A model generated the notes under the pieces. It worked only from the letters and a program-made list of their open reading frames with translations. It was not told where the DNA came from and did not search any database. Source: Squalus acanthias (lineage: Eukaryota). From it: DNA of 64,000 bases. How positions within the stretch are numbered: position 1 is the first letter of the stretch; the number at the start of each line of letters is the position of its first letter. A program made the position numbers and the translations under genes. Below, in pieces: positions 1 to 12,985 of the stretch. Location: the NCBI GenBank assembly GCA_030390025.1, contig CM059432.1, positions 48,424,001 through 48,488,000 of the forward strand, written 5' to 3'.

Positions 1-744
1 GAACATTGAATAAAACACCCAAGTGGCTACCCTTGTGTGTGTTTATTGGTATGATTGCACTCGGGTGAGTGTGAGGGGTGGCTAGTGAGATGGGGATGTG
101 ATAATGTAGATAGAGAGAGAGGGATGGGTGGAGATGCAAGGTAAGTTGGTGTGAGTAAGGATGTGCAGGAGTAGGGTAGGGAAGGTAGAGTGATGGGGAT
201 GTGATGAGAGGCACAGCAGGATGAAGAGTGTGGCTTTGTACTAACGTTTTGTGATTTAATGAGATAATTGAAAGGTTTGCACCACTGCACCCAGGTCCTC
301 CTGACAACATCCCTGCTTGTGACCTCCTCTGCAATGTGCAACCAGGCTGTTTTGGTCTCCTGGGGAGGTGTCTTCTGCCTATTGGAAGGGAAGAGGACCT
401 CCCTGCGTGCTCTGACTCCCTCCATAAGCATATGGAGGGATTCATGAGAACCTGGGTGCAGCCCTGCACCTCTGTGCAGTGCTTCAACGCTGTAGAGCAC
501 TGACAGCACAAATGTTAAAAGAAAGTTTGCCATGGTCCCTTTAAGGAAACCGGCTGATGACACGTCATGAATGACGTCACCAGACCCGCTTCCTCTAATT
601 GGACCGGGAAACGCGCTGGGTGGGCTTAACAAGCCCTATCAACATAAAATCATTTTCCAGAGCGGGATAGAGCCAGCAGCGGGGTCGGGACCCGCCACCG
701 ACATCACCTGCCCCAGACCCGCCGAGGTAAGGAAAATCTCGAGC
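1..744 (-). mobile_element. PIF/Harbinger-type element end with degenerate Myb/SANT-like exon 1
   Basis: Translation LMEGVRARREVLFPS...AWLHIAEEVTSRDVVRRTWVQW is homologous to the Myb/SANT exon at 36097. GC-rich subterminal region at 600-744; the element runs off the window edge. Confidence 0.75.
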
Positions 745-745
745 A

Positions 746-1065
746 TTTTGATCGAGTGGATACAGAGAGAATGTTTCCACTTGTGAGGAAGAACAAAACT
801 GGAGGCCATCAATATAAGATAGTCACCAAGAAATCAAATAGGGAATTCAGAACAAACTTCTTTACCCAGAGTGGTGAGAACATGGTTGAAGCGAATAGTA
901 TAGATGCATTTAAGGGGAGGCTGGACAAGCATGTGGGAGAAGGGAATAAAGGGTTATGCCGATAGTTAGATGAGGAAAGACGGAAGGAGGCTCAAGTGGA
1001 GCATAAACGCCGGCATGGACTGATTGGGCCGAATGGCCCGTTTCTGTATTGTATATCCTATATAA
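746..1065 (+). mobile_element. CR1 LINE 3' fragment (part of a local duplication of 4114-4582)
   Basis: MFPLVRKNKTGGHQYKI...NFFTQ C-terminal motif followed by a CR1 3' UTR. Confidence 0.85.
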
Positions 1066-1435
1066 TTCATTCTCTCAGCAAAGCCATTTACAGTGTTATA
1101 AAGAAACGACACTGGAAACACTGAACATAGACACATTTACTATTGTGTGGCTACTTTGTCTTCACTAGTGTACATACATTACACAGATCATAAAAAAACG
1201 GATGATGTAGGAGGTCTGAAGCAAAAACAAAAAATGCAACAGCTTACCAGTTTCAAAAAGACATGCCAATAACCTGGCTGCAAACCACCCCCCCCCCTCT
1301 CCCCTCCTGACAAATGTATTCTGACAAAGGATCTATACCCAAAATATCAACCTGTCTTCACTCACCACAGATCCATCCTACCATTACCCCTTGCTGTAAA
1401 GAAAGTGAGGGATATAGCTAAGGTCTGAAGTTACT

Positions 1436-2086
1436 GAAGGTACAGCAAGCAATAAGGAAGGCAAATAACATGTTGGCCTTTATTGCAAGAGTAAGGAAGT
1501 CTTGCTACAATTGTACAGGGCCTTGGTGAGACCACACCTGGAGTACTGTGCAGTTTTGGTCTCATTATCTAATGAAGGATATACTTGCCTTGGAGCAACA
1601 AAGGTTCACTAGATTGATTCCTGGGATGAGAGGGCTGTCCTATGATGAGAGATTGTGTAGAATGGGCCTATACTCTCTGGAGTTTAGAAGAATGAGAGGT
1701 GAACTCATTGAAACATACAAGATTCTGAAGGGGATTGACAGGGTAGATGCTGAGAGGCTGTTTCCCCTGGCTGGAGTGTCTAGAACTAGGGGGCATAGTC
1801 TCAGGATAAGGGGTAGGCCATTTAAGACTGAGATGAGGAAGAATTTCTTCACTCAGAGGGTTGTGAATCTTTGGAATTCTCTGCCCCAGAGGGCTGTGAA
1901 TGCTGTCTTTGAATATATTCAAACCTGAGATAGATAAATTTTTGGACTCTGGGGAATCAAGGGATATGGAGATCGGGCGGGAAAGTGGAGTTAAGGTCGA
2001 TGATCAGCCATGATCTTATTGAATGGCGGAGCAGGCTCAAGGGGCCGTATGGCCTACTCCTGCTCTTATTTCTTATGTTCTTATGT
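1436..2086 (+). mobile_element. CR1 LINE 3' fragment
   Basis: RPHLEYCVQFWS and GLYSLEFRRMRG motifs, 3' stem-loop and (TTCTTATG)n tail. Confidence 0.95.
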
Positions 2087-2299
2087 AAGTCAGTATTCAG
2101 ACCAGAGGTTGAAAAGTGCCCAGCAGAAAGATGAAATATTAGGAGCATGCCTGAATTTCTCGTATGTGCTCCCAACAGGCAGATTGCATTGAGCTTTGTC
2201 TCCCTATTGTAGAAGAGGTAACACTGAGCAAATACAGTGTACAAGATCAGAGGAAGTACATGTAAAATGGTGTCTCACCTGGAAGGAGTTAAGGGGGCC

Positions 2300-2608
2300 T
2301 GGTCCCACAAACAGCAAGGAATGAATGACCGAATAATCTTTTTTGGTGATGTTGGTTGAGAAAGGAATGTTGGCCAGGATGCTGGAAGAAGTCCCCAGTC
2401 TACCTCAAATAATGCCATGGGCTCTTTTACATCCATTTGAGCAGACCTCATTTTAACGTCTCAGCTAAAAGACAGCACTTCTGACAATGCAGCACTCCCT
2501 CACTACTGCAGCAAAGTGTCAGCCTAGATTAGTGTTTAAATCCATTGTTGGGCCTGAACCCACTAACACCTGGCTTCGTGATGAGAATGCTACCAACTAG
2601 CTAAGCTG
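2300..2608 (-). mobile_element. tRNA-headed Deu-type SINE, degenerate
   Basis: Homologous to 8966-9320 and 24632-25068; A/B-box-like head near 2545-2608. Confidence 0.65.
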
Positions 2609-2611
2609 ATA

Positions 2612-2832
2612 CAAGAAGCATAATCCAAGTAGTTGTGGATGTCAGTGGGTCTGTAATAGATGCCTGTAGATAGTGCCTTGCTAGAGATGATTGGACAGCA
2701 GTGTAAGAAAGGAAGAAGATGGAAGAGCCAGAGATAGACCATGTAAAGGTAAGGGATGGGTGGAAACTGGATGCATAGTTAATAAAATTGCCAAGTCCAG
2801 AGTGAGAACAGGAAGCAGCACCGACACTCATT
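2612..2832 (-). mobile_element. Penelope-like element RT fragment
   Basis: VGAASCSHSGLGNFINYASSFHPSLTFTWSIS matches the PLE RT region that follows the YxDD motif. Confidence 0.75.
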
Positions 2833-2840
2833 ACGATAAT

Positions 2841-3200
2841 GAGTGCCCCAGGTGGGCAGAGGAAACGCTTCAAGGACACCCTCAAAGCCTCCTTGAAAAG
2901 GTGCAACATCACCACTGACACCTGGGAATCCCTGGCCCAAGACCGCACAAAGTAGAGGAGAAGCATCCGGGAAGGTGCCGAACACCTCGAGTCTCTTCGT
3001 CGGGAGCAAGCGGAAGCAGCCCAAGTCAACCCAAGCACCTCACCCACCCGCCCCTTCAACCACCGTCTGCCCCACCTGTGACAGAGACTGTAGGTCTCGC
3101 ATTGGACTCATCAGTCACCCGAGAACTCATTTTTAATGTGGAAGCAAGTCATCCTCGGTTCCGAGGGACTGACTAAGAAGAAGAAGAAGAGAAGGAGGAA
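2841..3200 (+). mobile_element. RTE-clade LINE 3' fragment with (AAG)n tail
   Basis: PGGQRKRFKDTLKASLK...WESLAQDR and a C-terminal CPTC motif; homologous to 37561-39436. Confidence 0.92.
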
Positions 3201-3929
3201 GAGGTTAGGAAATAACTAAGCCGAATAAGGCAAAATGTGCCTGCAGCTAGCACAGTAGAAGGTTAAGAAATTATTTTCTTCTATGTAGATTAACTGGAAA
3301 CATAGTAATTACCAAATAATTAATAAAAATGCAAATGCAAAACTAATGAGCATACAAAAATAATAGTTTTTGCTTTGATAGACTTCATTAAAGGACAAAA
3401 ATACTTCAGTGACTATTCCTGTAATCGCTTTCATATTAATGTAAAGGTCATAAATAATACCAACTTTTTACTTCGTGTACAGATTGATAAATGATAAATA
3501 AAAGTAATTAAATTAGTTAAGAAGCTACTGCTACTTACTATTACAGCCTTCATTCTTATGCATTAAGTAAAGCAAACAGCTAAATCTAATCAACTGCTTG
3601 TCCATAAATATTCAGTGTCCCATTTAAATCATTCCTTCCCACATGAGAAACTGCAGCTGTTGATTAGAGATGATGTATGAAAGTTTGTCTCAAAATATCA
3701 TACACGAGAAGATGCAACATAAAACTGCGCCAATATTATTCTGAATATTTATATATATGTCTCAGTACAACCCAAGAAGATTAAAATACAGCTTATGTAT
3801 TTTATAAAATATAAGATGAATGAGTATCAGTAGTGCTCAATTTATGTGGCAAGCACCTTGTTTAAATAGAAGCAAGCTGAATTAAAAACAGGATATATTA
3901 AAGTCTGATCAACTCAAAGACAAATTAAT

Positions 3930-4458
3930 TCTGGTCGTCATATTATAAAAAGAATAGAAAGGCACTGGAGAGGGTAAAAAAAAGAATAACCAGAATGATA
4001 CCAGAAATGCGAGGTTATACCTATCAGGAAAGGGTGAACAGGCTGGGTCTCTCTTCTCTTGAAAAGAGAAGGCTGAGGAGTGACCTAACAGAGGTCTTTA
4101 AAATTATGAAAGGTTTTGATAGAGTAGACACAAAGAGAGTGTTTCCACTTGTGAGGAAGAGCAAAACTAGAGGCCATCAATATAAGATAGTCACCAAGAA
4201 ATCAAATAGGGAATTCAGAACAAACTTCTTTATCCAGAGTGGTGAGAATGTGGAACTCATTACCACAGAGTGGTTGAAGTGAATAGTATAGATGCATTTA
4301 AGGGGAGGCTAGATAAGCATGTGAGGGAGAAGGGAATAAAGGGTTATGCTGATAGAGTTAGAAAAGAAAGCCGGAAGGAGGCTTGAGTGGAGCATAATGC
4401 CGGCATGGACTGGTTGGGCCGAATGGCCTGTTCATGTGCTGTATACCCTATGTAATTC
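3930..4458 (+). mobile_element. CR1 LINE 3' fragment
   Basis: RLGLSSLEKRRLRSDLTEVFKIMKG motif followed by a CR1 3' UTR. Confidence 0.9.
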
Positions 4459-5039
4459 ATTCTCTAAGCAAAGCCATTTACAGTATTATAATGAAACTAC
4501 ATTGGAAACACTGAACACAGACACATTTACTATTGTGTGGCTACTTTGTCTTCAATAGTATACAGGCATTACACAGATCATATAATATCACAATACTCAT
4601 ACATGTAAAATTAGCCTCTCAATCTTAACTTACAGTTTTTCATTGCCACTAGACTGGCTAAAATCAATGCCAAATATTTAAATTATATCTCTTCATTTTA
4701 AAAAGCCACATTTATCATACTAATTTCCTTTTTTTCTTAAAATTATCACAAATACACTTAAACAAATGCAAGGACTGGGACAGTATAAAATTAAAGCCTC
4801 ACTAATAAACACCAGGCACTATGATTCAGTCAGATTCTAGCTACATTGTGATTTGTTCAGTATCTAAACATAAATGCTAGGACTTAGGTAGCCAAAGAAA
4901 AAAATCCACCAAGTTTAAAGATACTTAGATAACATGGATACATCATTCTCAAGGAAAGGCTAGAAGATTCAGCATAGTAATTTCCCTACACCGTCTTTCC
5001 CTTTGGTAGCAATACAAAAACTTAAAAGCATTTTAGTTG

Positions 5040-7235
5040 CAAATCTGTTATTGAATAGATCCTTTAGTGCCTGTCTTCCACGTGCCCTTGCCTGTCCTCG
5101 TGCTCCTACGCAATGCTACCCTAGTGGCTGCAGCATGACTGGTGGAAGGCTGCTGACTTTCAGTGAGGGAGACTGCAGATGGGAGGACGACCTCGAGGAG
5201 CTCTGGGCCTGGAAGGCCCGGCTTTGGACTGCACCACCTTGGCATGGGCAGCAACAGTCAGGGCGGGCTGGCTGACAGGCAAGGGCACTGGTGGAGTGGT
5301 AGGGGTGGGAGGACGAATGCTGTCATCCTGAGAAAGGACAGCAGGTTCGTGCTCCAAACAGCCTCTGCTATTCCCCCGGAGCGGTGCTTCAGCAATCCTA
5401 GTAATCTGTTGGAAGACAGGTTGCTGGACTGCTGTAACACCCTGGAAGCCCCTTTGAACACTGCTATCTGCAGCCGTGAGGGCAGCAGTCTGAGCTTGCA
5501 TGGCAGCAAGCTGACCTTGTATGATTTCAGTCTAAGCTTCCACTGCAGCACTCAGACTTTTGGTGGAAGCTGGTTATGCTGCAATGGAAGTTGAGACATC
5601 GGCCATTAGATGCTGCATCATGGTTGGTTCCACAAGTGTGTTGATAGAGTTGGCCACCAGTTTCAGATGGGCTCCAAGCTCTGTGCAAATCCCTGTGCCA
5701 AGTCGGTGCGGGACTCCTCCATGCTCCTCGACACTGAACACAGGCTTTCTGGCAGGCTTCGCAATGCACCAAACATTTTGTGTATACATTATTCAGCCTT
5801 CCTCTGTAGCCTGGCCTATCGAAGTCCTCATCAGATTCCTCTGCAGCTGAACTTGTGTGCGACCTCGCCCTCCAGGGAGCTGGCACCAGCACTATGTTTG
5901 CCCCCTGCCCTGGCTGCAGTACACTTGTGCCCGGTGCCTCAGCATGTTCAGATCTCGCCTCGAATCTATCCTCTAAGATACGCGCAAAGTCAGTATGTGA
6001 GCTGGTGGTTGCAAGTGTGAAATCAAGTGACTGTGCTGTGTCTTCTTCATCACTCTCTTCTTGGTGTTCCTCCGCTGCCTGGCCAGGTTGCACCTCTTGG
6101 GTATCTGAAAGGAGAAAGGCACAAGGGTAAGGTTGGGGGATGGAGGAGAGTAAGAGGTGCATGCTAACACCATCTGCAGCATGTAAGTCAGAAGAGATTG
6201 TGGGATGAGGAGGAGTGGGATGCAAGAAGGAGGATTAGGTAGGAGGATACCGTCATCTTCAATGGGTTCAGCCCCGCCGCTGGCCACAGCCTCAGCAATG
6301 GCCGGTCTGATAATGGCCAGCACCGTCTCCTCCACGAGGGCTAGAGCATGCAGATGCACCACTACCCCTCCGGTTAGTTTCTGCTACCTTTGGTGTGTGC
6401 CACCTTGTCCTGCAAGAGAGTGGGAAGTGTGTCAATGAGTTTTGTGCAATATGTTTGGGTGATGTGGCTGTCATGGTTGAATAGCTGGTAGCGTGTGCAA
6501 GCTGTAAGATTTGTGTGTGAGGCTTGCAACAGTGCTAAGTGTGTGAGGGTGAGGTGAAGCATATGCATGTTAGGTGTGAGTCCTGATTCGTAGAGATTGC
6601 TGGTAGGTGAGTGATGGGGGTGTGGTGCATTGAGCAGTGTGTGAGGCTAGTGGTGCAGTTGGTGGGATATGGCATTCAAAGATGCATTCACTCACCTTGA
6701 CCACTCGTGTGAGGTCATTAAACTTCTGGCGGCACTGCATTCAAGTCCTCAGTGTTAGACTCCTGGCACTGACCTCCACGGTTATCTGTTCCCATTGCCT
6801 TCTCATCATGCGTCTGGAGGGCCTCCCGGCCCCCCTGCAGATACAGGACGTCTCTCCTCCTTTCCACTTCCTCCACCAAGACCTCCAGTGCAGCGTTGGG
6901 AAACCTTGGTGCACGCTCTCTCCCATGGTCAGCCATTGTTCTTTGTTGCACAGAACTATTCTGAATGATGTCAGTACCTCCAGCAGCCACAATGCACCTT
7001 CTCTTTAAGCAGTGCAGGCTAGCTTTAAGTAGTGCTAGCAAGTAACGACATTGGGCCCCCTGCTGATGTGTGCAGCCAACGAACAGCGTGGCTATCACTG
7101 GTTGCATGCAGCAATCATAATAATGAGCAGGCACCACGAAGATGTCATGCTGCCTGAATTACATTGAATGGATGCGGGATAATCGCGCATCGTGATCCCC
7201 ACGCCTGTTTTCGGGGGCTATCCAATTTAGCCTCC
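5040..7235 (-). mobile_element. PIF/Harbinger-type element remnant carrying a 3-exon Myb/SANT-like pseudogene (exons about 6935-6696, 6409-6251, 6104-5048)
   Basis: RERAPRFPNAALEVLVEEVERRRDVL Myb/SANT start; GT-AG introns in the same positions as the gene at 36097; basic C-terminal tail LRRSTRTGKG; several frameshifts. Confidence 0.8.
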
Positions 7236-7859
7236 ATGATTTCCTCTGCTCACTATTAGTGGTGACCTGTGTCATATTTTTTGTATGAAATTTGTTTTGT
7301 GCTCACCAAGGTGAAGCACATCTGGGTGAAGGGTGCCATCGTCAGTTTTGGAAAATTTGCTCCAAATAATGAACAGAGGAAAGCTTGTCCTATAGTTGAG
7401 CATGTTGCACGAGATGCCAAAGTTGCAAATATTTCTAGCCTTAAAAGTGACGTGCTTCACCTTAACAAACACAAAACAAAATTCATCTAAAAAAGAAAAG
7501 GCTCAGAGCTGCATTTAGGCAAACCTGTATGTAGGAGAAGGAAATTCAAAATGAGAATATACATATCAAAACACGATGAGTGGGTTTTTGTCAGTTAAGA
7601 TGTTAATCTATAAATTGTGAGGTAGAAGCATTGCACAATGCCACAAGCTATTTAATTGAACGTAACATTTTTAAAAATCCATTATTTATTGATGTGAAAG
7701 TTCTAAACCTGGTTTAAAATTAGTGGTGCTTTACAGAATTACTGATCTTCATATATTAATATATGATAGCTACAGGCATAGCCAATTACCAAATGAAGAA
7801 CAGGAATTCTATTCAATTATGCAACTTAATATTAATCCTGTAGTTATTACTTCCCATAC

Positions 7860-7999
7860 CTGTGCGCTTGCTCTCTGCAAGTGAGAAGCTCCTGCAGCTG
7901 CTGCACTTTTTCTTTCTGCTGACGGAGGGAGATCTGCAGTAACTCTACTTCTCTTTGGGCTGCTGAAGCTTTTAACTCTGCTTCTTGAATTCGTTTCAT
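7860..7999 (-). CDS. LRRCC1: LRRCC1 coiled-coil exon E, MKRIQEAELKASAAQREVELL...EQAH
   Basis: Acceptor gcacag, donor gtatgg; 140 nt, phase 0 to 2. ELKASAAQRE matches LRRCC1 ELKASAADRE. The next exon was not found and probably lies beyond position 1. Confidence 0.92.
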
Positions 8000-8965
8000 C
8001 TGTGCACAGCAATTACTAAACTCATTAAAGTGCGACAATAAATCAAAGTCATAATGAATAGAATGTCCCTATAAGTTTACTAGTATTTAGATGAACCCTT
8101 CAGTACTGGCATAAAACATAAACTTGAACAAAATATCTTAAACCTATAAAAAAAAAGTGTCTTACATGCTATGTGGAGGGAGGTTGAGAGTGCCACATCT
8201 CTCACCTCCAGAATTGCAGGACATGCCAGAAAAAGATCAATGCTAGTGGCATTCGTTCGCCGCTAACCGTAAAATCCGGGCCATTGTTTGCAGTCCTTTA
8301 AGTGCTCCTTTAAAGGACTATAATCAACGTATTTTAGCACTGTAAATCCTTTAAAGATTGAAATGGTTTATCTTTTAAAAATGCATCTTATCTCTTTTAA
8401 CTGAACATCTGCATTGTGGTTTTCTGTAAATTTCTGAAGATGATTGTTATGGAGAATTAGGCACTTTTGAAATCAAGAATAACTTCTAAATCCATAGCAT
8501 TGGTAGATTAAAATAAATACTGTAATTAAATATTGCAATCTTTTTCATGTCATTTGGGAATAAACATGCCCTTTACGGCAGCCGTCAAAGGTTTATAGCT
8601 ATACTCCCCTGCATATATTACACTGAAAAATGAGAACACATCGAAATAATCCAGCACTCACTAAATCACAATGCAAATTGGTTTAGTTCTGGACAGATTA
8701 AGCTTTGGTGTCACAAGCGTCAAAGGCATACAGTGTTCTTAATTTCCTGGGATACTGATTAAAAATTCAATTAGCAATCTGGAGTAAAGGCCATCAGCAC
8801 AGTACCATATTGTCAGTTTGGTCTCTAGGACAATACTTTTTTTTACAGAAAGTGTTGTTTATTGAAAATATAGGTGGTGAAATTGGTCAATGCCAGTAGC
8901 ACAAAGGGGGCTGATAGCGAATCGGCAGTCCGATTTACACCGCGCCCGATTTTCTTGTCCAGAGA

Positions 8966-9320
8966 CTTGAGCACATAATCTAAGATGATACTCCAGTGCA
9001 GTACTGTTGGAGGTACCGTCTTTTGGATGAGATGTTAAACCGAGGCCCTGTTGGCCCTCTCAGGTGGACGTAAAGAGTACCACGATACTATTTGAGGAAG
9101 AGCAGGGAATTCTCCTGGTGTCCTGGCCAATATTTATCCCTCAGCCAACACCACCAAAACTGATTATATGGTCATTATCTCATTGCTGTTTGTGGGAGCT
9201 TGCTGTGCGCAAATTGGCTGCTGCATTTCCTACATTATGAAAGTGACTACACTTCAAAAGTTCTTTGGGACATCCTTAAATTGTGAAAGGCGCTATATAA
9301 ATGCACGCCTTACTTTCTTT
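8966..9320 (+). mobile_element. Deu-domain SINE (SacSINE1-like) with L2-type tail
   Basis: gtcttttggatgagatgttaaaccgaggccc Deu-like core; tail ggcgctatataaatgc is shared with the L2 copies. Confidence 0.75.
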
Positions 9321-10078
9321 CAGGGAGTTTGTCTGCGGCGCAGCCAATGTTTTACCCGACAGACCAACACCGCGCTGGCAAGTTGTGGTCCACGAGGGAC
9401 ATGTTGCTGATGCTCAGGACAGCCAAGGCCATGTCTTTCTTCCCCCAGGCTCTGTGCCAGTCACACAAGGCATACACCCTCCACTGACGCAGCTCGCAGC
9501 AGCCCCATCACAGGAGGCAGCTGCCAGTAGCCAAGTCACACCTCTGCCCCATGTCCGTTCAGAACAGCATTGGGGGCCCTCCCTCAACATTCCAACTCCG
9601 TGATCCCAGTCAACACATGGGATTCAGAGGACGTCAATGTGGCCCAAGGGTGTGTTCACGCTCAGGGGCGGGTGAAATGCGAGGTCATGAGGGAGTAGGG
9701 TGTATCCCTGCCTGCAGAGTCCACCTGCTCTTGCTCATTCTCACCCTCAGCGATTTCTCAATCACCCATTTCGTCTCAGGATTGTACAGTTTGTAAATTG
9801 TTAAACTTTGAAATTTAAAATTGTTTTTACATTCAGATGCAGTTATGCTGACAGGTTTTTTTTTAAATTGTTTAATACAGTTGATGAAATTTCCATTTAA
9901 AGTGTTGTTACACGAACAAAAAATTGCACCAAAGCAAGGGCTATGTACAACTTTATAACTGACTAACTCATCACAGTGTTACAATAATGCCAACCCCACT
10001 ATCTCAAAAATCAGGGGACAAACTCTTAAAAATCATGAGATTTAGTAAGAAATCATGAGTTGCTACTTTTGGTTTATA

Positions 10079-11892
10079 AAGAACATAAGAAATAGGAGCA
10101 GGAGTAGGCCATTTAGCCCCTCGAGCCTGCTCCGCCATTCAATAAGATAATGGCTGATCTTCTACCTCATCTCCACTTTCCTGCACTATCCCCATATCCC
10201 TTGATTCCCTTAATATACAAAAATCTATCGATCTCTATCTTGAATATACTCAATGACTGAGCCTCCACAGCCCTCTGGGGTAGAGAATTCCAAAGATTCA
10301 CCACCGTCTGAGTGAAGACATTTCTCTTATCTCAGTCTTAAATGGCCAAAACCCTTATTCTGAGACTGTGACCCCTGGTTCTAGACTCCCCAGCCAGGGG
10401 AAACATCCTCCCTGCATCTACCCTGTCAAGCCCTGTAAGAATTTTGTATGTTTCAATGAGATCACCTCTCATTCTTCTAAACTCCAGAGAATATAGGCCT
10501 AGTCTACTCTATCTCTCCTCATAGGACAATCCCCCCATCCCAGGAACCAGTCTGGTGAACCTTTGTTGCACTCCCTCTATGGCAAGTATATCCTTCCTTA
10601 GGTAAGGAGACCAAAACTGTACACAATACTCCAGGTGTGGTCTCACCAGGGCCCCATATAATTGCAGTAAGGTGTCTTTACTCTTGTACTCAAATCCTCT
10701 TGTAATAAAGGCCAACACACCATTTGCTTTCCTAATTGCTTGCTGTACCTGCATGTTAACTTTCAGTGATTCGTGTACAAGGACACCCAGGTCCCTCTGA
10801 ACACTAACATTTCCCAATCTCTCACCATTTAAAAAAAATACTCTACTTTTCTATTTTTCCTACCAAAGTGGATAACTTCACATTTCTCCACAATATATTC
10901 CACTTGCCATGTTCTTGCCCACTCAGTTAGCCTGTCTATATCCCCTTGAAGCCTCCTTGCATCCTACTCACAACTTACATTCCCACCCAGCTTTGTACCA
11001 TCAGCAAACTTGGATATACACGAAGTTCCTGCGGGGAAATGGAAAACGGCAGACGCGGTATGTAATACCGCGCCGGATCCTTACCCCCGCGGCAAGCATC
11101 GATCCAAATCATTGATGTAGATTGTGAATAGCTGAGGCCCAAGCACTGATCCTTGCTGTACCCCACTAGTTACAGCCTGCCAACCCGAAAATGACCCGTT
11201 TATTCCTACTCTCTGTTTTCTGTCCGTTAACCAATCCTCAATCCATGCTAGTATATTACCCACAATCCCATGAGCCCTAATTTTGTTTAATAACCTCTTG
11301 TGTGGCACCTTATTGAATGCCTTCTGAAAATCCAAATACACATCCACTGGTTCCCCCTTTTCTATTCTGCAACCTCAAAAAACTCTAATAGATTTGTCAA
11401 ACACGATTTCCCTTTCATAAATCCGTACTGAGTCTGCCCAATCCTATTATTATTTTCTAAGTGCCCTGTTACCACGTCCTTAATAATAGATTCTAACATT
11501 TTCCCTACTACTGATGTCAGGCTAACTGGTCTGCAGTTCCCCGTTCTCTCTTTCCCTCCTTTCTTAAATAGTGGGGTTACATTTGCTACCTTCCAATCTG
11601 CGGGAACCTTTCTAGAATCTATGGAATTTTGGAAAATGACAACCAATGCATCCACTATCTCTATAGCCAACTCTTTCAAAACCCTAGGATGTAGGCCATC
11701 AGGTCCAGGGGATTTATCGGCTTTCAGTCCCATTCATTTCTCCAATACTACTTTGTTACCAATACTAATTTCTTTCAGTTCCTCATTCTTGGTTCTCCAC
11801 TATTTCCGGAAAGTTTTTTGCGTCTTCTTCCGTGAAGACAGACACAAAGTATTTGTTTAATTTCTCTGCCATTTCCTTATTCCCCATTATAA
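10079..11892 (-). mobile_element. CR1 LINE, 5' truncated (RT region), with a foreign 83-bp insert
   Basis: [25 protein letters not shown] and RPHLEY motifs; CR1 tail at 10079. Confidence 0.95.
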
Positions 11893-12869
11893 ACCTCATT
11901 AGTGGCTTTATTTAATCTTTAACAGGTCACAGCTCCTTACAAAAACTATATTACTGCATCTGAAAATGCTTTACAAAAAAACTTTTTTAAAAATCCAACC
12001 AGTTATCACCACCCTTCACCTGGTCCCCAACACAACCACCATGCAACTCAGTCCCTGCAACTGCCAACGGTAAGTTTTGGGGAAAAAATAACTCAAAAAT
12101 ACCTTCCCATTTACTTTGTGCAATCTACATTAAGATCGCAAAACCACCTTATTGGTTGGAACAGATTGGCTACTGCAGCGATTGCTACTAGCAAGCCGAT
12201 TTGGCACTGCAAAAGAGGGTGTGGGTGAAACTTTACTTTAATTGCATTATTTTAAATTTAATCGTGCAACGCTAAAAAAAGTGTGGCAAACGCTGGAGGC
12301 ATTTCAGGTTAAATTGCAAGTTTTATTACATGGCCGGAGTGTGGGCAAAGACGCTTTAAATTTCAGGAGCAGAACGCCTTCCTGTACTTTGCACACAAAG
12401 ATGGTGGAGGGCATTGTCGCCAAATTTTAATGATCCCACTTGGACTGGGATAAAAAATTGAAAACATTTAAATTTTTATTTCACTGATTTCCAGATTTAA
12501 ATAAGGCATCTTGCGAGCTGATTGAGTGTTTAATTGTAAACCATTGCACAAATGAGTGTGGAATCTGTCGCTACGAAATGGCAAATTTCTGTTGTTATCT
12601 CCAGTGCCCATTCCCATTATGGAGGGCATTCAGTCAAATTTCTTCCATTTTTAAGAGAGAAAGAGTAGGAATTCCAGAGCCTCCAAGGCAATAAATGCTT
12701 TCAGCCATCTAAATAGACACTTTGTTAACTTGTGTTTGTTAACAATATATTTTCTTCTTATTTTCGCCCTAAACATTGGTTTATGCTTGTGTTGATTTGA
12801 GCCCAATGGTAGCACCCCTCTACTGCCTGTTTTCACTGAAGCTTGACCAGCGCAGACCAGAGACTGAAT

Positions 12870-12985
12870 TTACAACTTCCTGGTTCCACAGCTGAGCGGA
12901 CCAATGAGCGGACAGGTTGTTTTTCAAACGAGCCAATGGGAAGGGAGCTAGCGTTGAGCCGTCCAATCAGCGGGTTGAAAAGGGG
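12870..12985 (+). promoter_or_regulatory. Cluster of three phased CCAAT boxes with an ETS-like site
   Basis: CCAAT at 12901, 12933 and 12963; ACTTCCTG near 12875; locally CpG-rich. Confidence 0.4.

Noticed and set aside
9320..9800. GC-rich ORFs 9301-9603 and 9551-9796
   Set aside because: Probably the decayed low-complexity tail of a transposon gene; no recognisable domain.
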